Shown here in pieces: positions 48,700 to 60,740 of a stretch of 64,000 nt of DNA. The notes under the pieces were generated by a model that ran no database searches, had not been told where the DNA came from, and saw nothing but the letters and a program-made list of their open reading frames with translations. Within the stretch, counting starts at the first letter, position 1. Every line of letters starts with the position of its first letter. Position numbers and translations under genes: made by a program. Source of the stretch: Chiloscyllium plagiosum (lineage: Eukaryota); contig NC_057711.1 of the NCBI RefSeq assembly GCF_004010195.1, positions 83,479,344 to 83,543,343 on the forward strand, given 5' to 3'.

Positions 48700-50100
48700 T
48701 GGGTAATTATTACAACACTCACAGGGTAGTAACCCAACCTATTGCACTGGAAACAGTGAATTTGGATATCATTTCTTTGCACGCTATTTGTATGTGGCCC
48801 AGAATTCTGGCTGGGCAAGTGGCTGTCAACAGATTCTGTGTTGACAATTCCCAAAACACCTGTAAAGGTTATTATGGTCCTGTCCCTAGGCTATATTAGC
48901 ATAATGGGTCAACTCATCTCAGACTACCGTTTTACTGTTACACCCGCCCAATGTACTATGGATTGATGGCGGGATCCCTTTCAGAAAGAGGCTCTTGAAA
49001 CTTGGAGAGTCACAGTATTTACCCCAATCTGAATCCTCTCCTTCCTCTAACTGGCCATTTCAGTAGCAATCAAGAAGCCTCCCTGCTAACACACTGGGAT
49101 TTTTAGTGCAGGAGTATTTGATACTCATACTTGATTGAAATCAATATCTGTTTCCTGCAGTGTCCTTCTTATGTCCTCTTCTAATTCCTTAAGCAGGCCT
49201 CTTGCTGTAATATCCAAGCTTAGTTCTCTTTCTAAGTCAAGGAAGAAGGTAGATAACGAGGAAGATCTATTTAAAAACATCACTCTCTAACTCTGAGTGT
49301 GATATTCTAAACATTTCCCATTTCAGCATGAGGAGAAGGATATTGGAATTCATATTTATTGCAATACCCAATTATTCCCACAATGCCCTAGCATCAGCTG
49401 GTGACAGGGGCCTGCGTGTGGTTGTGAACTCCTCTTTAACAATAGCAAGGGTTCCTTTCTCATCTGCCTCTTGTTCAGTTTTCAGCACAGCTTTTGAGAT
49501 TAGACACACACAGACTTTGCTTCACTGGAGCAGAGAGGCAGAGCAGAGGAGTGCTTGTTTCCCTGGTTTCTATCAAGGTCATTTATCCTTTTTGCAGAGA
49601 AAGTAGCTATCACTGTATTTTTCTTTGGCAAAGTGCTGTCTGGAGTTGTTAAATTTCATCTATTTGAGAGATGTGGTCTGCTTCAGGCAAGGCCATGCTT
49701 TTTTTTTGTCCAATTAATTCTCTCAGTAAACCATTTGCATCCTTTAGTTCCCCTGTCAATCTTGTATTCTCTGCTCGTACCTCAGTGTTTTGTTCTAATA
49801 TTTTCTCTGTTTATTTTTATAGCGTGCCTTATTACACATTCCTATTGCCTGTTGTAACTGAGTGCCTAAGTTGTCACTTTACATTTGGAAATTTGTAACT
49901 TCCCTAGGCTCTTTACATACATTTGCAAGGCACACACATTGGGACTGTAGGCCAGTTTATTCCGGGCTTTTTAAATCTTGATCTTTCCTTTCTGGACTTC
50001 CCTAGAAAGTCAATCAAACATAGAATGATAATCTCTATCTTTTCTTCCATAATTCCTACTGCATCCTTTGCTCCATTGCCCTGGTTTTCACAATGAAGCT
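48700..50100 (-). pseudogene. gag: Decayed gag of the LTR element
   Basis: Coiled coil TEKILEQNTEVRAENTRLTGELKDANGLLRELIG...DHISQIDEI*QLQTAL (about 49630-49810), EFTTTRRPLSPADARALWE (about 49375-49435), NPSVLAGRLLDCY (49063-49101), and a damaged zinc knuckle CFQCNRLGYY (48715-48755). Confidence 0.7.
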
Positions 50101-50237
50101 TTCTAGGAATTGCTATTTAGCAAACGTAAAAGCCAATGGTGAAGAAACTTAAGAATTACTCAATATGTGTTTAACTACAATCTAAGTTAACTACATATTA
50201 CTTTCAAGATTCTCAAACTTAAAGCCTTCTGTGAATG

Positions 50238-50255
50238 ATCCCATTCCTGACACCA
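50238..50255 (-). promoter_or_regulatory. Primer-binding site complementary to the tRNA-Leu 3' end
   Basis: Minus strand TGGTGTCAGGAATGGGAT, 2 nt after the LTR-terminal CA; one mismatch from TGGTGTCAGGAGTGGGAT, the complement of vertebrate tRNA-Leu(CAG) as I recall it. Confidence 0.85.
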
Positions 50256-50257
50256 AT

Positions 50258-51017
50258 TGTTGATCACAGTTACCTAATGTAGGCAATCATGATTTAGCAC
50301 TATTTTCTGATAGTTTATTGAGAAACAGCAGTTCGATGTAATACATTAGTTAATTAGGGAAAGAAAATAAATATACAACCTGTAATTGATGAAAATGCTT
50401 TACTGGTCTCAGAGCTGTTCTGTAGAATGGAGGAATAGAGGCAGTGCACAAGTCCCAGTGGTCCAGTGCTATTTCATTGCGCTCTGTGATATTCTTTGTT
50501 GTCTCAGTACCAACAACCTTTGTTCTTGCCTCAGGCTGATGTAAAGGAAACTCTTGGTCTTCCCTGAAGGAGATAGGGTGGCTCCTTTCCCCTCAAGCTT
50601 TTTGTCTCTTCCTCCCCTCATGTCCTTATTCATTTACCTTATTTGGGGTTTGGCTGTCAATGCTATGTCAATCACCTGTCTAATCCCTCTTGGCCAATGA
50701 CCATGGAACAGCTACACATGATGATCAGTTGACCATTATCCTCTTGACCACCTTCAATGGGAGATTGGTTTTTCATTGCCTCAAAGACCAAAACTTTCTC
50801 ATTTTCACTACTGCATTGATAATGGAGTAGGATGTTATGAATCATGACCTTGATAATTCTTATGATTTCACCTTTGTTTTCCTAAAGAGATTTGTTAACA
50901 TTTGCAGAATGTTCATTACTAATGTGACACCATTAGATGAGGTCTCATGCTACACAGGTAATGCCAAATAAGGAATTCTGAGTTAACACAGTTTAAGGAG
51001 GTGTCCAATTCTCAACA
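50258..51017 (-). repeat. 5' LTR (760 bp)
   Basis: Terminal inverted repeat TGTTG/CAACA; AATAAA on the minus strand at 50314-50319; shares an identical 19-mer ATGTGACACCATTAGATGA (50922-50940) with 43241-43259 at a matching offset from the LTR edge. Confidence 0.85.
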
Positions 51018-51084
51018 GCCATTGACTGCAATTGTGGACTGGGCCAATGACTACACAGGAATTGGAGGAGTTTAAGATGGTTGA

Positions 51085-51910
51085 GAAAACACTACATTTC
51101 TGCAACAACATGATTAAATATACATCAGTATTCGGAACAAAATAAATGAATTTATACTATAAGTAGAAGTTAATGAGTATGATCATACAGCCATTACAGA
51201 GACATGGTTACAAGAAGATCAAAGCTAGTCATTGAATATTCAGGGCTTATATGACTATGTGAAAAGTCAGAAAGACAAAGATGGTGGCAGAACGTGGTTC
51301 GTATGAGATGGAATAAATATAACAGTAAGGAATGATTTAGGATTTTATTATCTAGAATCCATAAAGGTCAACAATTGAAACACTAAGAACAGTTTTGGGC
51401 CTCTCATGTAAGGGAAAATATACTGGCATTGGAGGCAGTCCAGAGAAGGTTACTAGGCTGACACCAAGGACTGTCTTACAAGGAGAGTATGAGGAGGTTG
51501 GGTTTGTACTCATTACAGTTTAGAAGAATGAGAGGTAGCCCTATTGTAAAATAAGATTCTTAGGGAGCTTGGTCCATTAGATGTGGAAATGTTGTTTCTC
51601 CTTGTGGTAGAGTCGAGGACCAAGGTATATAACCTCAGAAGAAGGGGTTGCCCATTTAAGACAGAGTCAAGGAGGGATTTCATCCCAGAGGGTTGTGAAT
51701 CTATGGAATTATTTATCACAGAGGCTGTTGAGGTTGGGCCATTAAGTACATTCAAGACTGAGATATACATACTTTTAATCAATAAAAGAATCAAAGGAAA
51801 AGGCAGGAAAGCAGTGATGAGGATTATCAAACCTGTCATGAGCTCATTGAATGGGAGAACAGATTCAATAGTCTTAATAGCCTGTATCTGCTCCTAAATT
51901 TAATGGTTTG
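51085..51910 (+). mobile_element. Old CR1 fragments (endonuclease piece and 3' end)
   Basis: TAITETWLQED near 51187-51220; ILALEAVQRRFTRL-like sequence near 51420-51460; ESRTKVYNLRRRG. Confidence 0.8.
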
Positions 51911-51943
51911 ACAGAGCTAAAATATAAGAAGGGGATGTATTCC

Positions 51944-52948
51944 GAGTCATAGAGTCATAGAGATGTACAGCATGGAAACAGACCCTTCAGTCCAACCCAT
52001 CCATACCGACCATATATCCCAACCCAATCTAGTCCCACCTGCCAGCACTTGGCCCATATCCCTCCAAACCCTTCCTATTCATATACCCATCCAAATGCCT
52101 TTTAAATGTTGCAATTGTACCAGCCTCCATCACTTCCTCTGGCAGCTTATTCCATACATGTACCACCCTCTGCATGAAAATGTTGCCTATAAGATCTCTT
52201 TTATATCTTTCACCCTAAACCTATGCCCACCCCAGGGAAAAGACTTTCTCTATTTATCCTATCCATGCCCCTCATAATTTTGTAAACCTCCATAAGATCA
52301 CCCCTCAGCTTCTGACACTCCAGGGAAAACAGCCCCAGCCTGTTCAGCCTCTCCCGATAGTTCAAATCCTCCAACCCTGGCAATATCCTTGTAATTCTTT
52401 TCTGAACCCTTTCAAGTTTCACAACATTTTTCCGATAGGAAGGAGACCAGAATTGCACACAATATTCCAACAGTGGCCTAACCAATGTCCTGTACAGCCG
52501 CAACATGACCTCCCAACTCCTGTACTCAATACTCTGACCGATAAAGCATAACAAATGCCTTCTTCACCATCCTATCTACTTGCGACTCCACTTTCAAGGA
52601 GGTATGAACCTGCACTCCAAGGTCTCTTTGTTCAGCCACACTTTCTAGGACTTTACTATTAAGTGCATAAGTCCTGATAAGATTTGCTTTCCCAAAATGA
52701 AGCACCTCGCATTTATCTGAATTAAACTCCATCTACCACTTCTCAGCCCATTGGCCCACCTGATCAAGATCCTGTTGTAATCTGAGGTAACCTCCTTCGT
52801 TGTCCACTACATCTCCAATTTTGGTGTCATCTGCAAACTTACTAACTATGCCTCTTATGTTGACATCCAAATCATTTATATAAGTGACGAAAAGTAGTGG
52901 ACTCAGCACCGATCCTTCTGGCACTCCACTGGTCACAGGCCTCCAGTC
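51944..52948 (-). mobile_element. HER1/CR1-type LINE, 5'-truncated, younger family
   Basis: WRPVTSGVPEGSVLSPLLF, SKFADDTKIG, YRTLVRPLLEYCVQFWSP, and a (CTCTATGA)n tail. Confidence 0.95.
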
Positions 52949-52949
52949 T

Positions 52950-54095
52950 AAGAGAAGAAGGATTCCAGGAAGGGATAGTGCTAAATTGAAAGAATAAAAC
53001 ATAAAATATGAGAAAGTTAAATGGTAAACCAGAGATTACTAAACCTTTAAAAGTCAATAAAAAGGAACAAAAAAGGGGAAAAAAAGTAATATAAAAATGG
53101 ACAGTGAAAGCTTCTTTAAATATATAAAAAGAAAAGTGATGTCAAAATGAACAAGGCCCTTTAGAAATGAGACTAGGAATATATTAATGGGGAACCTGGA
53201 AATGGCAGGGCAGTTAAATAAATACTTTGCATCAGTCTTCATGGTGGAGAACTCAAGAATATAAATAATCAAGGGCCTATAGGCACAGGGAGGTAAAAGC
53301 TACAATAAATATCATGAGAAAAAAAATTCTAGGAAATAGTGCTAGTGGCTAAATGTCAATAAACCATCTGGACCTGATGGGTTCAATCTTAATATTTTAA
53401 TGGAAGTAGCTACAGAAGTGGTGGATGCACTGGTAGTAATTTTCCAACAATTGTTAGGTACTGATAAAGTCCCAGAGAATTATAAAACTGCTGATGTAAC
53501 AATTTTATTCAAAAAGGGAGGTAAACAAAGAGAAGGTAACTATAGGCCAGTTTAGATTAACATCTGTCATGGAGAAAATGTTATAATACTATTATAAAAG
53601 TATAGAATATGTATTATAAACAATATAATAGCAGAGTATTCAGAAATCCAACTAAATCTAGCAGAGTCAGCATGACTTCATAAAGGAAGAATCATTACTA
53701 ACAAATTGATTATGGTTCATCAAGGAGTTAACAAACAGGATAGATAAAGTGAAACCAGTGTTTGGATTTCCAAAAGGTCTTTGATGAGGTATTGCATGTA
53801 ACACTACTTAATAAGGTAAGAGTCTTTGGTGTTGCGGGTAGTTATATTAGCATGGGTAGAAGGTTGGCTAACTTGAAGACAGAAAGTTGAGATAAAGGAG
53901 AGATTCTCAGGATGGCAACCTGTAACTAGTGGAATGCCACAGGCATCAGTACCGGAGCCACTATTATTTACAATTCGTATTAATGGCTTGAATGAGGCAT
54001 ATGAATGTACTATCATTAAATGTTCGATGACAGAAAGAAGTGGGAAGACAAATAGTGAGGATGACACAAAAAAAACTACAGAGGGATATAGATTG
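52950..54095 (+). mobile_element. Decayed CR1 RT region
   Basis: LNKYFASVF, KPSGPDG, GNYRPV, DFQKVFDEV, WQPVTSGMPQ remnants. Confidence 0.85.
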
Positions 54096-55654
54096 GAGGA
54101 CACCCTTGATTGACAATGGCACTATCCCCTCCCTGATGACAAACCCCCTTGGTGACTGTTTCCCTTTGACTTGAGACATTTGGTAATTTGATTGTGAATA
54201 TGAAAATGTCAATCATTTAAATTCTGTGTCATAGTTAAGTCAGTTTATTATTTTCCAATTTGTCTGTGGTCCTGTGCTCCATTATTTTTAGTTGTCAACG
54301 GTGAACAGCTCTGTCTACAAGTTGTCAAGCTGTTCCCATGCTCATCACTGAAACAATCATTTTAACAATTAAACGGAGCCAACAAATTTTCAGTCCAAGT
54401 TTTGTGCTAATTGTTCTGGTTTGCTGGTTTCTTACTAATGCTGCCTTTTCAGTTGCTCGTGTCTGTGGTTTCTCCTTTTCAGTGATTCATCAGTAGCTGT
54501 CTCACTGTAACCTGTGTGACAGGAAAAACCAGTGAATTATTTTTTTAAAGAAAAGTAGTATGGGCTATCACATCACTATTTGAGAAAAAGTGGCAAGTAA
54601 TCTTAATCACCACTTCCAACTTGGATTTGGGTCTTTTATTTTAAATGCAGTAAATTAATATCTAAAGTCAATAAAATTGGGTCTGTACAGTCCTGCTATT
54701 AAACCACTTTGCATCCCTTCATTTAATGTTGTCTTAGTTGAATACTTGTTGAATGCACCACAGTCATTTGGTTCTAGGTTGTAATGAATTTACACATTTA
54801 AAAAATCATTTAGAAGAGCATAGGAATGAACCGAACATTATAAAACTATTGGTCATGTTTTTACCTGCCCAAGGAGCTAGTGTGTAAGTCAGACGGCCTG
54901 AAAACATCATTGTGACCTGAGTCAAATTGGCTGTTCCTCACATTCCAGCTATGTTGGTATTTATTGCCACTGGTATCAGATGACTACTGATGTGCAGAGG
55001 TTGCCAGCCCAAACAACTAAGCAAATAACTTATGCAATTAAAGACACAATTAAGGACTATTTTATTTATTTTATGTTGCTGTTGGCATTTTGCCATTGGT
55101 GACCACTCCTCCGCCCCAAAATGTGTAATGTGGGTGGGGTTGCAGGGGGTGTTGTTGCATAGTTAATTGAACTATGCCATCAGTAACCGAGGAGGGAATA
55201 TCTGATGGACCGAAGTGCTGTCAGTAGTGAAGACAGTACATTGACATTCTCTGGAAAAGTTTACCTTTCAATAGTCTACACTGTTTTTTTTAAACTGCCA
55301 CTACAGTGACCACATCTTCCAATGGCACTGCTGAGATTTCAATATAGCCAGCCTTCTGATAGGGTCAGGATCCTATCTACCATCCATAACTGACCAGCAG
55401 TCAAAAAGGCATCTCATAGGAGGCAACTGACCAAGTTCACTCCGACAAGTGTAGGCCTGAGACCTGCTGTTTACTCCAACATTGGCATCCCAATGTGCGT
55501 CACAAAATTCCCTTCACTTTATTTGCAGGATGTATGCAGTCATCCAGCAAAGGACTCTATTCATATTTGTTCCAAGGCCACCGAAACCTTCAATAAGTTG
55601 CCCTAATTATACCATAAGGAAGCATCAAGAAAACAATTAAAGATTACAAAATGC

Positions 55655-56090
55655 TCCAGCTCTATGACTCAGTTCATAGTGCACCTACCTTGGAGTTAGA
55701 AAGTTCTGAGTTCAAATCCCTTTCAAGGGTTTGAGGACAAAAATCAGGACTGGCATTCTACCTAGCCCAGAAGGCGCACAGTTTGAGGTGCTGACTTTTG
55801 GTTGCCACTATACTGGTGTTCTACCAGCCCTATCAGAAGATTTAAATAATCTCATGGCACTACTTTGAAGAAGATCAAGGGTGCACTGGTCAATATTTAT
55901 ACATCAAGCATCCCCAAAACAACAGATGATCGCACTGCTGTTTGTGAGACGTTGCTGTGTACAAATTAGTTGGTACATGTCCCATAGTAATACACTGCCT
56001 ACACTTCAAACTTATGTCACTGGCTGTAAAGTGATCAGAGATTGCTAATAATCATGAAGTAATCGTTTTAAATGCAAGCCTTTCTTTTCA
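55655..56090 (+). mobile_element. Deu-domain SINE (SacSINE1/AmnSINE1-like), near full length and old
   Basis: tRNA-like head with gagttcaaatccc; central catggcactactttgaagaaga...caatatttat; tail ctacacttcaaa...ggctgtaaag...aaatgcaagcctttcttt. Confidence 0.7.
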
Positions 56091-57639
56091 ATGAATCCCA
56101 TATCTTTTTTATTATTCCACAGCTGCACAACAATGTTGGATCATTTATCTTCATACAGTCTGAGTATTATCAAGCTCTTTTTTTGAGACATCTTAATCAA
56201 CATAGCTTTTTCCAGCTTGCTTGTTAAATATTATCTGCCTCAAATTACTGACACATAAGCAATTCTATGGGCTCTGATATGTTTCTTATGTACTAACCTA
56301 ATAGGTACCCTGTAGTGCCATTGTTAAGTTGGTGAATTGATTAAGACTATTCACAAGATTGAAAGTAGATATTTAATAAAGTCGTCAAATAGATTTTAGT
56401 TATTGTATGTATTTTCCTCATTTGCAGTACTAATATTTTTAGATATTTTATACATTTTTGTAATTTCTGGGCTCTCTGTCAAATATCAAACCATCTGATT
56501 TGATGATAGGTATCATTACTTCAAAATGTACCTGAAGTACAGATCAAATGTGCTTTTAAAATATTAATTATTAATTTAAAGCATCATTAAAATAAAACTG
56601 CTAGCTCATGATTGACCATTGTTAATGATTAATATATTACAGAAATATACTCTTGACTAGTTTATTGAATAAGTGAAAAAATAACAAATTTCCACAGCTT
56701 TTTTGTTATTAAGGTTGTAAATCAAATGCCAATGTTTTCATTGAATGGTCATTTGGTTACATACATCTAAGCACTGAATAAGCATACTCTGATCTACATT
56801 TAATCTGTCTACCTACTGACTAAGCAGATTATAGTATCTCACAGATGTTTTCTCATGCAACAGTACACATGTGCAGAAACACAGACAAAATCCTTTTCAC
56901 AAGAAGACACCATTGAAAGACGAAAAGCTTAATATTCACAATGACACATTTTGTACAGTGAAAACAACTCATAAAGTTTGAAAAGACAATGCCTAAAAAG
57001 AAAGACCATTTTGTTGCAATAAGACCTCAATCCCATCAACTTTGTGCTGAGTTCAAATTCCCAGGGAAATAATGGGGTGTGGTGTTCATTTTAAAAATGA
57101 ACCTTTGGAATTACCTGGAACCTGTTGAACAATGCAAGGGCTAAGGTCCCTCCAATGCTTTTGTTTAATTTTCATTCTTTCTTCTCATAGAATCACATTC
57201 TCTTGTCCCTGACCATTGAGCAAATTTGAAGATCCTAGCCTAAAGTGTAAGATTCTGTCCTGGAACCAAGTGTCCAGGTAACTTTGGCCCTCTCAGATAT
57301 GTTTCAATGCCTGAAATTTGGACTGCAGCACAGCACTTCCATTGACCTGGAAAAGTGTATTGCAGATGTGGCTGTCATGGAAAACACAGAAAACTGCTGG
57401 CTCCCCGTTTCCTTACACCTGCAATATATCTTTTGTTCTGCCATCTTTAGTTTCATTGTATTTAACTATTAGGTTTCAAGTATAGAACATCACTCAAAGA
57501 TTCCCCATAGTTACATTTATCTTTATGATCTTTATTACACAAGAGAACTCTCCAGCTTCTTGCAATGTAACATTTTAAACATTGCATTCTACATTTATCC
57601 ATTTATGTGATCTTCTCAAAATTTCACCATGAACTCCCA

Positions 57640-58240
57640 GGCCATGAAGTGAGGTTAGCATTGGTTCCTCAGACTTACTGTTGACTCACACCTGCTTGTT
57701 ATCGCTGACACTACTGCAGATTCCCAGTAATGAAAATGAATACATCTATTTCAACAAAAACAGTTATCCCAAAACTTGATAAATTTTTAACTTGTTTGGA
57801 GTCCCTCAAATGGTAAGGGGTGACAATGGCACCCCCCTACAACAGCGATTATTTCAGTAAATTTGCAGACTACCTGAGAGTTGTTCATTAAAACATTGCA
57901 CACTATTAGCTAAAGATATTTATGTATTTTTGAAAAGCAATTATACACACAATAATCATGAACAGCAGTATTGAATGTAAGTAAAGCATAAGTTTAATTA
58001 CTTTCTTCACAGTCACAAAATAGTTCCTCGCTCAACTACTAAAAAGCCTCCAGCTATTTCCATGTTTGTACATTTTAAGTGTACCCATCTTCCTGATCAC
58101 CCCACAAAGCTAATGATCAACATCGACATGACCCTGATCAAGAGCAGGAGAATTGAAGGGAAGTACTATAGAATGAAACATAAAATTTAGTTGTAAAGCC
58201 AGGAGAAAAGTGCTTGTGAAATGTGATGGTTATGTTGGAA
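57640..58240 (+). mobile_element. Decayed Gypsy-type integrase fragment, no LTRs seen
   Basis: HLLVIAD, TVIPKLDKF, FGVPQMVRGDNGTP, YNSDYFSKFADYL and a PRSTTKKPPA-like stretch across frameshifts. Confidence 0.75.
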
Positions 58241-59994
58241 AGTAAATACCCTCAATGATATTCGACCACTTGATGAAATCCATCTTGGATATGTTTAGAA
58301 AATAAATGCTGTATTGACTGTCGCAGAATCACAAACCAAATGAATCAGAACATGCTCATAAATTTCACAACCAGTAAGCAGAGGAGATCTTGTCTATTGA
58401 CTGCATCTTTGGTGCCTTACCTTCAAAAGAACATTAATATTGGGTATGAAGGTCTACAGCTTGAAGTTATGTGTAACAAATGACAGAACTCAGCATCAAT
58501 TCTTTGAAAACGTTAAGATGCTCATTTTAAAATTGTGCGATTAATTGATAAAATAGTTAAAAATAGACAACTTGAAAATTGGACCCAACGATATAGGGTC
58601 AATATATTATCAAGCAATGCTTGAAACTAATTTTTTTAAAAAAAAAACTAGGATTGTGCTTAAAATGAAAAGTTTTGAATTATGAAAACGAAGATTATGA
58701 AATAAATACTAAAATCTGTTTAAAGACAATGAGGAGCATGATTGTTCTGAAACAGCTGGGAGCATGGAAATTTCATGCCATGATATGGAACTAATCAAGA
58801 ATGAAAGAAGTGAAATCTAAGGTTATATTATTTTGTATTAAATACAAAGAGAACAAGACAAAACTTTCCAGAATCTTTCATCAGGCGATTCATTGGGTTG
58901 GCATGCAATTCACTGAAGAAAAAAAGTCTTGATGGCCACATGGTCTTTTCTCATTCGAATTTATTGTGCTCACAAATCAGTAGGTTTCACTGTATTGGAT
59001 TAACCATCTGCATAAACTTTGAGGCGTTTAGCATGGAAATCTAGTACTTCAAAAACTGAATGAATAATAGGGATAAGGAAGCAGGTTTCTCTTAACACAT
59101 TATGCTCTTTCAGACTTGTTCAACAGAGAATGACCAATTGAGTGCACAGTGACCCACTTATTGATGCCCTCAACAAGATTAACAATAATGAACATTTACC
59201 AGTCTCCTTGGCAACAGATTTAACAGTTTGCTGGTTTATTTTACTTTATCCAGTAGATAAATTATGTGTGCATGGGTCTGGGAAATAACTAGGAGAACAA
59301 GCAAATGTTAAGCAGAAAACCTTCCCATCCTATTTGTTAATGAAATGTGATAGATTCTTTATTTTCCCATGCTTTGTTTCTCAGGGGTAAAACAAAGAAT
59401 TAGAAAAAACACAAAACAGAATGAACAGATATCATCATGTATTGAGCAACAGAGGTCATGCTCCTTTCGAGAAGGTTTTGATTAAATAAAGATGAGCAGT
59501 CCCAGTCTAGTACTTATTTTGGAACCTGGCCATGGCACATCATTTAGACTTTTATTAGCTCACTAACCCATTTATGCCTGGAACATCTGAAGTCTACCTG
59601 TCGCAATGATTTAAAATATACCAGAAATTAAAAGTGGTTTATTAAGTTTGTTAGTATTTTTCTATTCCAAAGAAATCAGAAATATTCTGTTTACCAGAGA
59701 AACAGGGCAGGATTTGATCAAAAAAGCTGAAAACTGTTCAATTAATTCAGAGTGTTTATCAATTTGGCGACTAATGTAAAATAAATTGTGCAAAATACCA
59801 GACAATAATGCAATAATGTTTTTGAATATGAGTAATGTATTATCAAACCAGACATTTTAGTAGTTCACCCTTTTGTATAGATATGCCATTAAGATTCTTT
59901 TAATTGACTGGTTAGCACTGATTATAAATGTACCCAGCTAATGAAGAAGCCATTTACACTTTAATGTCAGTGGTCTTTGTTTCCTTGGTTTATG

Positions 59995-60090
59995 ATTGGG
60001 TCAAACACAGGTGAATGGGACTGGTCAGTTTAGGAAATCTGGTCAGCATGGACCAGGTTGGGCTGAAGGGCCTGTTTCTTTGACTCTATT
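59995..60090 (+). mobile_element. Short CR1 3' tail
   Basis: ggtcagcatggaccaggttgggctgaagggcctgtttc...gactctat. Confidence 0.7.
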
Positions 60091-60639
60091 AGTAAAGTCA
60101 AAAATAACAATGCCATACTTTAGTAGCATAAACCATCAATCCTTTTCAATATCCCATTTTAATGATGTTTAATACTAAATTATCAATGATTTAAAGCATA
60201 ATATTACTAATATGTAATTAATTAATAACACATTTTGTATATATATATCATCATGTAAATCCCTGTTATTGCGATGGTGAAGTTTGGAAGACATTAATTA
60301 CTTCATATCACTTAGAAGTTTTTGGAATTTAAGATCTTATTATTCAATATTCCATGAACTATATACAATCATAAATTCATAATGAGGTTAACACAGAAGC
60401 ATCTCATTTCAAAGTCTCTCCACCATGTGATCAGTTACATAGTTACTGACATATTTACATTAGAGTGCTAACCCTTCACTGTACCTTCTAAATGTAATCA
60501 GCCCTTTAAAATGAACGACAATATGTAATACTTTGCAATTCCCACAAATGTCAAAAACATATTACTGAAAGCATAATAAACACTTTGAGTGAAATTTTAT
60601 AACAGTCTAAAGACATGGGCTATGGGCTGTGGCAGAATC

Positions 60640-60740
60640 TTGAGTCTAGGTTAGAGTGGTGCTGGAAAAGCACAGCAGGTCAGGCAGCATCCGAGGAGCA
60701 AGAAAATCGACGTTTTGGGCAAAAGCCCTTCATCAGGAGT
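60640..60740 (-). mobile_element. Penelope-type short repeat, family A, with hammerhead-like core
   Basis: Minus strand CTGATGA-a-GGGC-TTTT-GCCC-AAAAC-GTC at 60709-60736. Confidence 0.7.

Larger units (their letters stand above)
42850..51017 (-). mobile_element. Ancient LTR retroelement / candidate endogenous retrovirus (gag, partial pro-pol, env-like), non-autonomous
   Basis: 5' LTR 50258-51017 (TGTTG...CAACA), PBS 50238-50255, PPT 43336-43346, partial 3' LTR 42850-43335 homologous to the 5' LTR, Gag remnants, and Trp-rich plus hydrophobic env-like remnants. Confidence 0.8.

Noticed and set aside
57191..57277. Plus-strand segment with strong acceptor and donor
   Set aside because: Stops in all three frames and no partner exons; consistent with chance splice-like signals.
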